This document shows positions 11,969-25,150 of a stretch of 64,000 nt of DNA, one piece after another; position 1 is the stretch's first letter, and each line of letters starts with the position of its first letter. Made by a program: the position numbers and the translations under genes. Origin of the DNA: Vicugna vicugna (Eukaryota); assembly GCA_013265495.1 (NCBI GenBank), contig MU058198.1:4727779-4791778 (forward strand), in the 5' to 3' direction. The notes under the pieces were generated by a model that had not been told where the DNA came from, made no database searches, and saw only the letters and a program-made list of their open reading frames with translations.

Positions 11969-12759
11969 CTCAATCATTTGCATTTGAATATTTGGAGAAT
12001 TGTGACATGAGAAATTCTCCTTTTTTCCCTGTTGGTCCCTAGGGCTGAATTAATTACAGGGAGAGAGATATTGGGATCAGTGTAAGAAATCTTTGTCGTA
12101 ATAAAAACCATGCAAAAATGCAATAGTCTCGCTCTAGAATTAAAGAGCTCATGTTCACTGGAGGCATTCAAGGAAAGACTGGATTTTTCCTAGGGAGGCC
12201 CTTATATAAGAAACTTATACAAAAGAGGAATGATTCAAAGTTTAAGGGTATCTCTCGCATCCCTGAAATTCTATGAATCTGCATTTCTTGCTTTCTTTTT
12301 TAATATTTCATATTCAGTAGTATTTCCACTTGAAGAGTTTATTTCTTTTGAAATAAAAGCCAAACTTTTCTAGAATGCTCAAAAATCATCACACATACTG
12401 CAAAAACTGACTTCTTGGGGGCTTCACAGGGAAGCATGCCTTAAAGAAGTTGAGTTAGGGATTTTCTGCAATAATAAACTCTATTTCCACTAGCCTAGAG
12501 CTGGAAGATTTTTCGTGGTCTTTCTTAGATACGATATGATTGAAAATGGGCAATGGAGTCAATTTACTTGGGGTGGGGGCTGGAGGGGGTCATGAGAAAT
12601 GTGTACAGGCATATAGTGCACTCCTAGGCAGTTTCCATAATCAGTGCTACTGATCTTTGTTGAGATTCCAAGCCTTCCCTAAACTGAGATCTAGTTTTCT
12701 GGAACCCTGAATCTTCTGAAGGGCGGGATCATCTTCTTTCTCCTATGGGTGAAAAGAAG

Positions 12760-13060
12760 GCATGAGTTATCAGGAGCTATGTTTCAGCAAAGGATATGTG
12801 TCTGCAGAAGACATAACTCAGTAGGGACCAAGAGTTATCAAGAGTCATGAGTCTGTAGTTGCCATGGGTCAGCAGAAGCCATAGGTCAGCAGAAACGAGG
12901 GGTCAACAGAAGCCGTGGATCAGGGAGAACTGTGGATCTGTAGAAACATTGAGTTAGCATGAGTGAGCAAAGGCCGCGGGTCAACAGGAGACAGAGTTCA
13001 GTAGGAGCTTTTGTTCATCAGGAACCGTAGGTCAGTAGAAACCATACATCAGCCAGAGAC
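12760..13060. repeat. Degenerate 17-bp minisatellite (~18 units)
   Basis: Consensus approximately CCATGGGTCAGCAGRAG, e.g. ccatgggtcagcagaag ccataggtcagcagaaa cgaggggtcaacagaag ccgtggatcagggagaa. Confidence 0.85.
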
Positions 13061-15268
13061 AGTCAGCAGTAGGTGGTGAAGGCAGAGGCTAAAAAGACAC
13101 ATAGAAAGGTTGCAGCACCAGACTTGGAGGTGCCTGATGCCTTAAGACAGTGGAAACCATGATTAAGCAAAGGCCACAGAGTAACAAGAAGTGGAGTAGA
13201 GTCACTCAGTGATAACAGTATCGACTAAGTATAGAGTGTAAGTAATTCACCATCATAATAGGGTAGGAAACAATGTGTTTCTGAGCATGTGTCAAGATAA
13301 TGTAGGGTTTATAAGAGCCCTGAGACCTGGGACCTGAATGATCTAATCCTGAGCGACATTCTAGTCTCTGTGAGAATTGGCAGTTTAGCAACTGAGATTC
13401 TTGTCTTTCTTAATTTCTCAGGTATCCTTACCATAAAGCCATACTACCAATTTTTTTTTTGGTAGGGGGAGGTTAGATGCCTAAAAAAGAGAATTCTTGA
13501 GATACAATATACAAGGTTGCTTTTCTTGGTTCTTGATACATATTGCTAAATTACTTTTCAAAAATGTTACATGAATTTACTTTTTCCCATCTTCTAATTA
13601 GAACACTTACAAAAATGTATTCTCAAAGGTACAGAGTTTTAAGGGGCACTGAAAGCTGTTAGTATTGCTGTCTATCAGGAGGAATTTCCAGTACAAAAAT
13701 TTCAGGTAGAGACTTGATGTGTGGAGCAAGGGGGCCAAGGAGATTGGTACTTGCTATTCTGACTGTCTCTACCATGTAAGTCCAAACTGCCTGGAGTCTC
13801 AAAGGAAAGAATCCAATTCAATTAAAAATGGCTTAATTCTATAAACTCATAAGGGCCTGTAACTTGGGAATTTGGAATGTAGTGTGGTAGGTTTCAGGTA
13901 TGGCTCAATCCAGGAGCTTGCCGTGAATCAGGTCGTCTCTACTCTTTGCCCTCCACCTCAGTGCTGATGGTTGAAAGCTCTGATTGGCCAGGTCAGGCCC
14001 ATGTCACGTGCCCACTCTTGGAGCCAGATGTTACGGGAGTGACCAACTGACCTCCCCCTACTCCAAGCAACATGACTTAGGAGATTTAAGGGTTTTACTG
14101 GAGATAGGGTATGCATGCAAAACTGATGTCCGCAAGGCTTTAGGACACCCTTCAACTGACTAAAGCTGCTTTTGAAAATGTTCAGAATGGTTTGGACATT
14201 TCCATCAGTTATCTCCATTTCATACATCTTCTAGAGCCTAGGCTGTAATGTCCAATGTTACAGTGTTGCTGGGGAAGGAGGGGATGTACTTGCCTGTTAC
14301 ACCCCAGATGTCACATCAACAGAGAGAAAAAAGTCTGAGCCTGGAACAGCCATAGGAACAAGGCGTGAAAACTCCCTTTAAGCATCATTTTAAATAGCAT
14401 AGTCGTCTGTTACTTTTAGAGGATGTAAAGGCTGATGGAACACTTTCTATAGGTGATGTCCAGGACCTTTCTGTTGAGAGCAGCCTGGGTCCGCTTGGGC
14501 AGAACATGTACCACTCCAGTGCCTCCCCTCCTTGCCCACCCCAGTGGCATACTGGAGAAAGGGGAACCCGTTCTCATTGAATTCAGCCCCTTCTAATACC
14601 TCACTATGCAAAAACAACTGTCCTCAGATGCTTAGGAAATTCGGTCATTCCTCCTCCTTAATTGTTCTTCTCCTGCATAAAGACATTTCCAGAATATCAC
14701 ACGCTCCTGAAAATGTACCTCCTTGTAGGTGAAACCTGCTAACAGTTCCCCCGAGAAGTGTTTGAACATGTAATGAGTGCCCAGGCTCCTGGTGTCAGCA
14801 CTATGATAGAGAGGCTGCTCTCCCCAAGGCAGCATTCCCTCCAAGAGCCTCCACCAGGCGACCCTGGGGAGCAGTTGGTGTTAACTCCAGGCTGCTATGG
14901 TTGGGAAACCACTTCCCATGAAAAACTCAGTCCTCTTTGTCCTCATGGCCCCAACTCTTGGGGTGAAAAATGGAGTCTTCCACAGGCTGCCCATAATCTG
15001 CCTTCCTCCCTCTCCCAGAGAATCTGCCTCTAAGAAGATTCAGTCTTATTCTCAAGAGCCACACCATTTGGCGTGGGACACAGAGGTGTAATTAAGCAAT
15101 GATGACACAGTTTGAAAAGTACCAATTACAGGAATAATCAAAATGCTAGAGTACCGTAGAGGTAGGGAGAAGAAAATGTGCCCAGGAGATCTAGAAAACC
15201 TAGCAAAAGAGAAAGCACTCAAATTCAGTCTTGAAAGAACAGGAGTTTACCAAGTGAAGATGAGAGTG

Positions 15269-15318
15269 GATGATGATGATGGTGATGATGGTGATGATAA
15301 TGATGATGATGATAATGA
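15269..15318. repeat. Imperfect (GAT)n microsatellite
   Basis: gatgatgatgatggtgatgatggtgatgataatgatgatgat; the source of the Asp run in ORF 15143..15424. Confidence 0.92.
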
Positions 15319-15319
15319 C

Positions 15320-15600
15320 CTCACATTTTTTGAGCACTCACTGTGTACCGGTCACTGTTCTGTTTTACCAGTATTTACATCTATTACATGTATTGCTTCC
15401 TCATATGATATTTACATGTATTAACACTTAATCCTCATAACAACCATGTGGTTAGGCATTCATATTATTCCCATTTTACAGATAAAGGAGACTGAGGCAC
15501 AAGAGGTTGTTATTTGCCTAAGGTCACACTGAAAATATGTGGTAGACCTGAGATGCCAACCTGGCCATTCTGACTCTGGAGCCTGTGTTCTTAACCTCTT
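15320..15600 (-). mobile_element. MIR
   Basis: 'attattcccattttacagataaaggagactgaggcacaagaggtt..tgcctaaggtcacac'. Confidence 0.85.
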
Positions 15601-15655
15601 TGCCATATTATCTGAAAGAGCGTAGGACCAGTTATCATCAAAGGCATGGAAGTAT

Positions 15656-16125
15656 TGTGGTGATTTAAAAGGCACATCCAAATTTTTTGATACTCCTTCC
15701 TGCAAGTGGTGGAGGCTAACTTCCTTCTCCTTGAGTATGTGCCGGATTTAGTGACATGCTTTAATGAGTACAACAGACTAGAAGTGACAGAGTGTGGCTT
15801 TGAAGACTAAGGTTATAGAAAGCACCGTGGCTACATCCTCACTCTCCCTCTGATCACTTGCTTAGGGGAGGGCCAACTGACATGTTGTAAAGACACTCTG
15901 GCCATGGGAATAAGTTTGGAAGCCAGTCAGTTCCTGTTAAGCATTTAGAGACCATGGCCTTAGGCGACATCTTGACTGTAACCTTGTGAGAGACCCTGAA
16001 TCAAAACTGCTCAATGAGCTGCTCTGAACCCCTGACCCATAGACACTGTGAGACAATAAATATGTGTTGTTTTAAGCCACTAAGTATTGGGGTAATTTGT
16101 TACACAGCAGCAGATAACCGCTACT
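15656..16125 (+). mobile_element. MaLR solo LTR (MLT1F-like)
   Basis: Starts TGTGG; typical 3' end 'aataaatatgtgttgttttaagccactaagtattggggtaatttgttacacagcagcagataac'. Confidence 0.85.
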
Positions 16126-16992
16126 GGCATGAGAATGTTTTGTGCCTTCAATGCCTATGGGCAGGCAGTGTTCTGGAGCTGAAGCTCAGAGTTTATAGAG
16201 ATCTGGCAAGGAGGAGTGCAGCTTTTAGGATAAATTATAAAGCACGACAGCCATTCCACAAGCTCACACTCACAGAGCCCACTTTCCAAAAGCAACTCTC
16301 TCCCTCTCCAACCCTGATCCCTCCCACACCCAGCCAGAAAATGCTTCCGTTTCTACAACTCCTTGTCATGCCACCGTGTGGCTCTCCTTCCACTGTTCCT
16401 TGTTGTGCTGCTGGCTACGCACGTGACTTTCCTCCCAACTGCATGGCAAGCTCCGGGCATGCTCGGCTCACATTCCAGTCGTCACCCTCCTTGCATGCAA
16501 TCCTTTGGTCATTGCAGGAGCAATGTTTGTACATGTTGGGGGATGAATTCTGAAACCCCATGGCTGATGGATGGACAGTTCCAGCCAACGTGCTGTTTTC
16601 TTGTCTTTGGCTGGGAGTATAATGTCCATGAAAAAGACAGAGACCCAAGGGGCAAGTTAGTTTAAAGTACCAAGTAAGTAGGCTGGACATTGTCACCACC
16701 GTGATGTGAACTGATTCACACTTATGTGGACTTAGGCTGATGCACACTAGAACTTTCATGGTGGGCCAATGGAGACAGGGAAATAAGCCAAGGATTTTTT
16801 TTTTTTAAGGGTAAGTAAGTCTGGCCCCTAAAGGTGATAATATTAATACAAATAGTGCTTTTCATGTAACATTTGAATGAATTCTTCTTTTGTGTCTTGA
16901 TTTCCACCATGTGCTCAGTTTCTGCACATAGAATATATTTGATACATATTTGCTGAATGAAAGAATGCTGATGTCAAGAACAGTTAATATTC

Positions 16993-17125
16993 GGGGGGCA
17001 GGGTACAGCTCAAGTGGCAGAGTGCATTCTTTAGCATGCACGGGGTCCTGGGTTCAATCCCCAGTGCTGCGTCTAAAAATAAATAAATAAATAAACCTAA
17101 TTATCTCCCCCCACAGACAAACAAA
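16993..17125 (+). mobile_element. tRNA-derived SINE (camelid vic-1-like)
   Basis: A-box (agctcaagtgg), B-box (ggttcaatcc), AAAT tail and 'aaacctaattatctcccccc'. TSD AAGAACAGTTAATATTC (16976-16992) / AAGAATAATTAATATTC (17126-17142). Confidence 0.88.
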
Positions 17126-17399
17126 AAGAATAATTAATATTCAGTGACACCCAAGTTCTCCAGGCTATTCCTACAGACAAGGAGTTGGATCTCATTTAAG
17201 AGGATGTTTATGGATAAAGAAGGACTCCATCTAATCAGGGGAGGCCAAGAGCAGGTATAACCTAGGTGAATACTAGCAGAAGCAGGCAAGCAAGGGTGAG
17301 CAGAGCCCCAGGACACTGGGGAGGCGTTCTGGGAAATAAAATACAAATAAGAGGAGAACCCTAACCATATCAATTATTATAGGAGACATCTATTTTTTT

Positions 17400-17957
17400 T
17401 TAATTGTTGTTTGTTTGAAACTATCCACGATTTTCTCCTTCTGTTTTTAGTAATAGTTCCTTAAGGTCCACCGGAGAACCATCCTTTTACTGAATCTTGG
17501 TCCATGTGATTTTAATGAAGTCAATTCTCTAGCCCTGGATCCTGGGAAGGACACATGGCCCAGATCTGACCAATGGAAACTGTGTTCTCCTGGTAACAGT
17601 GATTGGTTCATGAATGGACATGTGACCCAGCTGGAGCCAATGAGAATCAGTGGGACTTTTGCTGTTTTTGCTGGAGAACTTGCTCTCTTTTCCGCTAAGC
17701 TTGAGGTTGGGACGAGTTAGCTTCCGAAATGCTGGCCCCTGTCTTGCCACCAAGTGATGGAACTGGAGAATGAAGCCAACAGAGTGGCAGTCAGAGATTG
17801 TATGAAACAGATTCTAATGACACAATTTCAGGCTCTTGACGAAGCCAAATCCCAGTTATGTCTTTGGGCTGCTGCATATATCAAGTTCCATTTTTTATCT
17901 TAAGCCAGCTTAAATTTGGTTTTCTGTCAGTTGCAGCTTTAAGATTCCTGACTAAAG
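17400..17957 (+). mobile_element. Old MaLR LTR (MLT1H/I/J-like)
   Basis: 'tgattggttcatgaatggacatgtgacccagctggagccaatgaga' and 3' end 'ttaagccagcttaaatttggttttctgtcagttgcagc..ttcctgactaa'. Confidence 0.75.
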
Positions 17958-18454
17958 AGATTGCCTTTGGATGCCTAAGGCCAACACAGGGTACACAAGA
18001 CATCAGGCTCAAGGCATCAAGACTCAGTGAGTTTCCGCTAATTATTAATGTTACTTAGGTAACTTAATAAGAAACCGTTTTTTCTCCCTTTATGCATTCA
18101 GCTGTATGAGTCTAATTTTTTCTGAAAGGGCTAAATAATTGTTTTCAAATTATCCCCACAAATGTGCAATACCACCTTTATCATATTCTAAACGTTCATG
18201 TAATTTTCTTTGATCTATTTCTAGACCCTCTAGTCTGTTCCATTATCTGTATTCCTGTGTCATCAATGTGCTTTTTTATAGTTCAGTTGGGTAATACATA
18301 TTAATATTTATTGAATGCTCATTACCCTTTTTTTTCCAACCCCCAAATTTTATTCTTTGTTTCTGGCATGATATTCTTATAGATAAGAATTAGAAATTTA
18401 TCAAGGTCTGAAGAAGTTCCATTGGGATTAAGATTAGAAATCTTGATTGTTTTA

Positions 18455-18865
18455 AATACAGTTAGTCTTCAGCTCCAAGGTCAGTTTGTTTCGTTTCCTT
18501 GAGGCCAGTTCTCAGAATCATGGCAGATTATGTCATGGCTACAGCCTGGTCATCATAGTTAGAAGTTAACTTCTTCCACCTGGTGGGGGGTTTCAGTATC
18601 AGCTACATCACAGCTCAAAGGACATGGCTCAGAATATAATCTATAACCTTTGAGGAGGATCTAAAGGTCCTTGACTTCGTTTAATGACTAAACTATTATT
18701 TTTGTTCTATTTGACTATTTCCCTTTGTTTCTGTTTTTTCTCATTTCTGTAATTAATTTTATTATTTGGCTAAAGGTTTTCTACCAACAAGAGACAGGCA
18801 GAGGACATGGCGGGGGTGGGGGGGTTCTGTCCCGGGAAGACCTTATGAGGTCCTGCTTCCATTAT
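18455..18865 (-). mobile_element. ERV1-type LTR fragment
   Basis: 'ttgaggccagttctcagaat..ttaacttcttccacctggtgggggg tttcagtatc..ggacatggctcagaatat..gaggaggatctaaaggtccttgact' resembles laurasiatherian ERV1 LTRs. The family is not identified. Confidence 0.6.
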
Positions 18866-19619
18866 GTTGCTAGGGTGATGGTTATAGAAACAACAGGCGT
18901 ACAGCGATGAGCAAGTTCATTCTCCCACCTCCAGCCTTGCAATCACCCTCTAGTTCTCTCTCTCTCCCTCTCTCAGTTGGCAGAGGCCAATAGGAAACCA
19001 GCTGGCCATGCCAGAGTGTCATGCCAGAGTACCACTGCCAGCTCCAGGTGAGTCTGAAGCTGAGACAATAGCTTAATAAGTGAAACAACTCTTTTGCTTT
19101 CTTTCTATCCATCATCCCCACCTGCCTTCACTTGTCTGTCCGGCTGGGGATTAATTATCCAGCTTTTCAGTTACTCTGGTCGATATCATAAACTCATTAG
19201 CTCCAAAGGAGCAGATTGGTAGCACCAATTACCAGCCCAATGCCGCCCATACGTCTCACTACATTTCTCCAGGCAGCCTGTTTCTCCACACTCTGCAAAG
19301 ACCACTTTAAATCTTCCCCGTTCTTCTCAAACTTCTGTCTCCTTTCCTTTCTTGCCAGTTTCTGCTTCAATGACGCAAACTTCCTCTCAACTCTCTGCGA
19401 ACAAACCCACCTCTTGACCAACCTTCCCGCCCTCTCTCCTCTCACAGTGAGAAAGGTGGTGTTTCTCTGGACCCCATCCCGCTCTTCCTTCTGGATAAGA
19501 TTCACTTATCCCCGCTCCATTCTGTATCTTTGTTCTGTTCCTCCCTACCAGGTTCTTGCCTTTGGCTTTTTATGTATTTTAATTTCATTCCCCAGTCTTT
19601 GAAAAAAAATTATATTCAA

Positions 19620-20035
19620 CAAAATGGTACAGCCACTTTAGAAAACAGCTTGGTGGCTTATTATAAAATTAAACATACAATTATTATATGACTCAACAAC
19701 CCCACTCCTGGGGATTTACCCAAGACAAAGGAAAACTTACTACGTTCACACAAGAACCTGTGTGTGAATGTTTATGGCAGCCAGCTTCGTAACTGTCAAA
19801 AACTGGAAATGATACAAATGCCCTTTAAGTGGCGAATGGGTGAAAAAGAGATGGTGGTACAGCCACACTCAGCAGCAAAAGGAATGAACTAGTGGTCCCC
19901 ACAACAGTACGGATGAATCTGAAGTCTGTTTTGCCAAGTGAAAGAAGATGGACTCAGAAAGGGACACGCTACATGATCCCATTTGTACGACATTTTGGAA
20001 AATTATAAGGGCAGTAAACAGATTAACGATTGCCA
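19620..20035 (+). mobile_element. L1MB/ME 3' ORF2/UTR fragment inserted in L2 (~19200-20360)
   Basis: 'aaaatggtacagccactttagaaaacag..tatgactcaacaaccccactcctggggatttaccca..gaatgtttatggcagc'. Pyrimidine-rich L2-like sequence lies on both sides. Confidence 0.8.
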
Positions 20036-22149
20036 TCCTGAATCCCTTTGAAATTTTAATAGAGAAGCCTCTTCTACTGAAAAAACAATTCACAAAAGTC
20101 TCTTGAATCTCACCCTGCCCTTCACATTATTGCCAGTATTAATTACACGGTCGTAGGAAATTTTATCAAAACTGTTGTCTACACCCATTTTCCCCTATTG
20201 TCTTTCCATGGGCTCCCCCACCAACTTCACCCTTGCTTTCACGTCATTAAATCTTCTGAGCATTTCTCTGCATTCATCGTTCTCAGTCTTGCTTGGCAGC
20301 ACCCCCAGCAGAGTTGAAACTCCCCTCTTCACTTACTTTAGGGAAGAATCTTCTTGCTTAAACAGCACTAAGGCAGACACCATGCTCTGCAGTTGCCCCA
20401 GTATCTAGCACACTTAATGCCAGGAACTAGGAAGGACCCAGGAACATTCCTCAAAATTAGCTTTGGCACAGGTAGCGAGAAAAGATGGCGTTAGGTCAGA
20501 TTTTCAGAAAAATTCCGTATCTCTCCTGCTTTGCCCTCTATGATGTTTCCTCCTAAAGACCTTCCTGTGCTTTATCCTGGACCCTTGAAGAACGTGACAA
20601 ACACGAATCCTCATTGCACAGAAACTAACAAGGGCTTCCTGTGTATTTAATTTTTGCCCCCTTTAAATATATTTCCCAGAAGGATGGACTCCTTTATCGA
20701 ACCTTGAAGGAGATGTCTTTTCCTCCTTGGAACGAGTTCAGATTCTGGATTTATTGCATGTTCTGTGTATCTTCTTTGATTGATTAGCGCTGAACAGCCG
20801 AGTAGCAACATTACTAATTATCCTCAGGATGTAATGCAGTTGAAGAGTCATTAAGGACTCTCTAAATTTGGAAAGCATCCACTGACAAACAAAGGGACTC
20901 TCTTCTCGCCTCACCAGGAGGAGGACGCACAGTCAGGTCCCCGGGGCGCTCTTTAACTCAGCTTGGTCTTCATTTATGTTCTAGCAACTCCACGAAAGCC
21001 AGGCAGACCCCTAATTTTGCCCAGTGACAAAGCTGAAGCAGCATTCTGCTGAAATGCCAACAGTTTATTTTTATCTGTGCTTTAGTAAGAATTCGGTAGC
21101 TTTTCTTTCTTGAAGGGCATGACACTGTGACAGGGCAAGTAGGTGGAATTGGCTTAATCATGAAGCAGAGCCAATGGGATTTGAGGGACGCACGTATTTG
21201 CTCCATCAGCCTGTCTCTGATGCCTGAAATTCCGCTGTTGAATATATAGTACGTACCTTGCGAAAGTAAGGAGGTGTGACCTAGTTTAAAAAAAAAAAAA
21301 AGAAACAAATGGGAGGGAAAAGTGCTTTGAAGCTAGTAAGTGTATCAGCTCATACCTACCAAGGACTCAGCACAGGGTCTGGGGCATAGAAAGTACTCAG
21401 TAAATAGTAGCTGGTTTTTTCTGTTTCTCAGAATTGCTGGAGCATGCCCTCAGTAGATTTGTGTTGAACATCAACTTGGTGTTAGGATCCTCTGCTAGAT
21501 GGTAGGGAAGCAGGGATGCACTGCCATAATCCCTGCTGTTGCAAGGCTCATGATATGGAGGACTGAGATGGGAGGCTGTACACCAGAAATTGACCCAAGA
21601 CAGTAAACTGACTCTGCTCGAATCATAAGCAAACAAACACACAAACAAAAAAGGCTCACGTGATCAGGGCCATAAAACACGAAGATAAACAACTTAGAAT
21701 TCAACATCGCAAGGTCTCTCAGTCCTGGGGTGCTGAGCACTGTGTGAAGTGTGTGGCGGAGTGCAGCTCGACGTGCTCATGCCAGATGAGACATTGTACC
21801 GCAGAGATGGGTCAGCAAGAACATTTAGGGCTCGGCCAGGTGCAGAATGAGGGGAAGGTGTGCTGGGCTAACGAGGTCACGTAGAAAGGCAAGATGCTAT
21901 TAAAAACAACAACAACAAAACAACAACAGAATAACAGGGGAGAGAATTTGTCCAGTGTGTTCAGAGCACAGGTTTCATGGAAGAATATAGAAGGACGTGG
22001 GGTTGGAAAAATATCCCAAAAGGATGAAATGCTGTGCCTTAGGTGAATGGACTTACTCTTACGAGAAACACAGGATCAAGGGCAGATTTTTGAGCAGGAA
22101 CACAACAAAATGTACTGTTTGGACAGATAGGTTCATTAATAACAAAGAA

Positions 22150-22440
22150 CAGGGGTCAGCAAACTAAGGCCTGTGGACCAAATCCAGTCCCCAGCTTTTT
22201 AATTTTATTTATTTTCTGAGCAAAGGGTGTATTTTTTTCCCCGTTTTCAGATGGTTGAAAATCAATCAAAAGAAGATTTCACGGCATATGAAAATTATAT
22301 GAAATTCAAATTTCAGTGTCTATAAATGAAGTTTTAGTGGAATGCAGCCACGCCTATTTGTTTATGCCTTGGGCCAAACAACAGAGATCACGTAAGATAC
22401 TTGCTATCTATCCTTTACAGAAAAAGTCTCATGGCCCCTG
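22150..22440 (+). mobile_element. MER58B-like hAT element
   Basis: 5' TIR caggggtcagcaaact; 'gaaaattatatgaaattcaaatttcagtgtc'; 3' end 'cctttacagaaaaagtc..cccctg'. Confidence 0.8.
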
Positions 22441-22936
22441 GTTAAAGGGTGCAGATTAGAGCAGAGGGAAAACAGAGGGTGGGAAATTCAGTGTGGGGGT
22501 GGGAGGGGACAGTCGTTCCACCTGTTTCTTGAGCCTGAGAATTGTACAAATCCCCTTACGAAACTTCTCCGGAAGTTCTAGTGTCGCTTAAATTATTTTT
22601 ATTCAAGTGTAAATTAAGTATTTACAGACAGACATCTTGGTAAAAATTCCATATTCTTTTAGCTCTTGCACAATTGTAAAACAAACCAAAAAACTTAAAA
22701 AAAAAAAGTCCATACACACAAAACTACAAGACCGATCCATTTCACATCCACGACCTTAATTTAACGTGAGAGATGTCTTTCTCCTTCAACAAGACTGCTG
22801 CTTCAAGGTCCAAGGTGGGTCCCCAGATTCTCCTGAGTCTGAGTACAGGTGTTTGCTGCCTTATGTGGGTGATGATTTAACTCTCTCACAAGCTTCTTTG
22901 GGTGCAAATTTTTCAGAAGACTTTATTCATACAGAA

Positions 22937-23153
22937 CAGGGTGGGTTGGCAAAATGTTCCAGAAAGGGTCAAATGATAAATATTTCAGGCTTAGCGGGCC
23001 CCTGTTGCAACTACTGAAAGTTGTCATTATTGCTTGAAAGCATTCACAGACAATACGTAAATGAATAGGTGTGTGTGTGTTCCAATAAAACTTTATTGGC
23101 AAAATAAGCAGCGGGCCAGAATTGACCTACAGGCTATAGTTTGCTGACCTTTG
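22937..23153 (+). mobile_element. MER58A-like hAT element
   Basis: Paralogous to 9791-10010 ('ttccaataaaactttatt', 'gggccagaattg..tagtttgctgacc'). Confidence 0.8.
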
Positions 23154-24269
23154 TTCCAGATCACGGACTTCCACTAGGGATGTGGAAAATTGGTAGGATT
23201 TCTGTTCAGCTGTGGACACACATTTGACAGTCAGGAGACCATGGGAAAAGAGGAGGCGGCACCACTTACAACTAACCGTGAAATTTACTTACAAAAACAG
23301 ACAGTAGGCTGGATTTGGTTGGCAAACCATAGTCTTTCCACCTTAGAATTAGAAAAGTGTCAGATAATGATGACCTCTTTCCTTAACATCTATATCCAAA
23401 CCAGCTTACAGCAAGAATGATCGTTTTGCCACTTTCCTTGGCCTGGCACATGGTTCACACCCATAGCCCCTCAACCGTAAGTTCGGAGATGCCTGCAGGT
23501 CACAACCACTTGGTTCCACAGGGACATCCAGAAGGACCCAGTAATTATGGACTTTGTGCGTTAGCCACCAGAGACGAATGCATACTAACAGAGCCTGAGC
23601 ACCGTGATGTTATAATTCTGAAAAGCCAAAATGCAGTGAGAAAGGAGATTTGGGAGAAGTCTTTTTAATTTGGTATCTAACTTCCTGTCCACACTGCAAG
23701 GCATTTGGGACCAGAGATTTGATTCTCTTTATGAAGCCCTTCTATATATAGAATCACATCCTACCTTTATTTTGCAGACTGACACGCCAGAGAATTAATA
23801 TTATTATTATGATGCTTCACTTTTACACAAAGAATACATCTCGAAAAGAAGAAGGACCAGGAAATACTGTAATTTAGATAAGAAACAGTCTCATTTAATA
23901 AGGTGTTGCAAGGAAGGGAAACTTTGCTGGATATATTTCCTCTTACCTTGTTCCTCTTCTCTTCCCAAGACAGTAAATTCAGGGGAAAAAGAGGGCTAAA
24001 ATCCAATTCTTGTGTGTGTGTTTAAACTTCTCATCCTGGTAGATGGATGGGAGGCTATTCACCAACCAGATACAGAGGGTGAGTTCTCCAGTGGGACTTT
24101 GAGCATGTTTTTCTGGGTCTTGTAGGACAAAATGCATTCCATTACTCATAACCATGCTTATCCATGCCAGGCTCTAAGCTGGGTGCTGGTAAACTAGAAT
24201 GGAAGCCAAGAGGGAACTGGCCCCCAAGCAGATGGCTCTGATGTGAGGACCACCAAGAAGTGTTAGCTT

Positions 24270-24470
24270 TAATAAAGTGCCTATTTGGTACCCAGCACCA
24301 TGTCAAGTGCTCTACAATTTCTCTGATGACACCAATGACAACCTTGCCCAAGAAATATTATTATCTCACCTTTATGGATAAGAAAATTGAGACTCATGGA
24401 GGTTGAATAACTTGCCCAAGGACAATCAGTATTAACTGGCAAAGTGTTGTCCCTGCTTGTCTTGTCTCTG
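24270..24470 (-). mobile_element. MIR
   Basis: 'attattatctcacctttatggataagaaaattgagactcatggaggttgaataacttgcccaagg'. Confidence 0.8.
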
Positions 24471-24769
24471 AGCCTCTCTACTGCTTTGTACAGAGGGTGA
24501 ACACCCAACAAACAAGTTCACGGTACTCTGTTAAGTCACAACACGGAACTGCTGAAGTGGAGGCTCAGGGGGGTGGGATTCGGACGGGTGATGGGCTAAG
24601 TTCAGGGCGTTAGGGAGCACATTGATCAGGACACATGACTTCCGGGTGAGACACAAGCCAAACGCAGCGTCTGAGCCTAGGAGGGCGGTTTGCTGAAAAT
24701 CCCTTTTCCGATGACTCGATTTCTTTTCGAGGGAAGGAAAGAACCCAACAATCAACCAGACTTTCCTCC

Positions 24770-25150
24770 TAAAGATCCCCATGGCTGACTCCCTCACCTC
24801 TTTCAAATTCTTTCTCAGACATCATCTTCACAAGGAGAGCTACTCAACCATCTTATTTAAATTGCAACCCGCCTCCCCTCTCACTGTCACACTGATCTCC
24901 TGAATCCTGCTTTTTCTTTTGCAATGGAACTGTTCCCACCTTCCAACATATGGTGCCGTATAACTTCCTCACTCGTTATGTTTATTGCTTATTCTTCTTG
25001 GTTATTACTTGAATCCTTTCTTTAGAATCTAAAATCAGTGAGAGGAGGGGTTGTAACGGTTTCCACCGACACATCCCAGGTGCCTAGAAGAGCACCGCGT
25101 ATATAGCAAGAGCTTACTCAATATTTGTTGAATGAATGAATGAGTAAATG
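24770..25150 (+). mobile_element. L2 3' end
   Basis: 'atggctgactccctcacctctttcaa' ... 'cccaggtgcctagaagagcac..ctcaatatttgttgaatgaatgaatga'. Confidence 0.85.

Noticed and set aside
4454..13060. CRISPR-like repeat-spacer reading of the two degenerate arrays (4454-4640, 12760-13060)
   Set aside because: Mammalian DNA, units are not identical repeats with unique spacers, and there are no cas genes.
16014..16553. 179-aa ORF
   Set aside because: Begins inside an MLT1 LTR and shows no protein similarity that I recognise.
16993..17075. tRNA gene (also 52409-52490)
   Set aside because: The A/B boxes belong to SINE heads with tails and TSDs; there is no intact cloverleaf.
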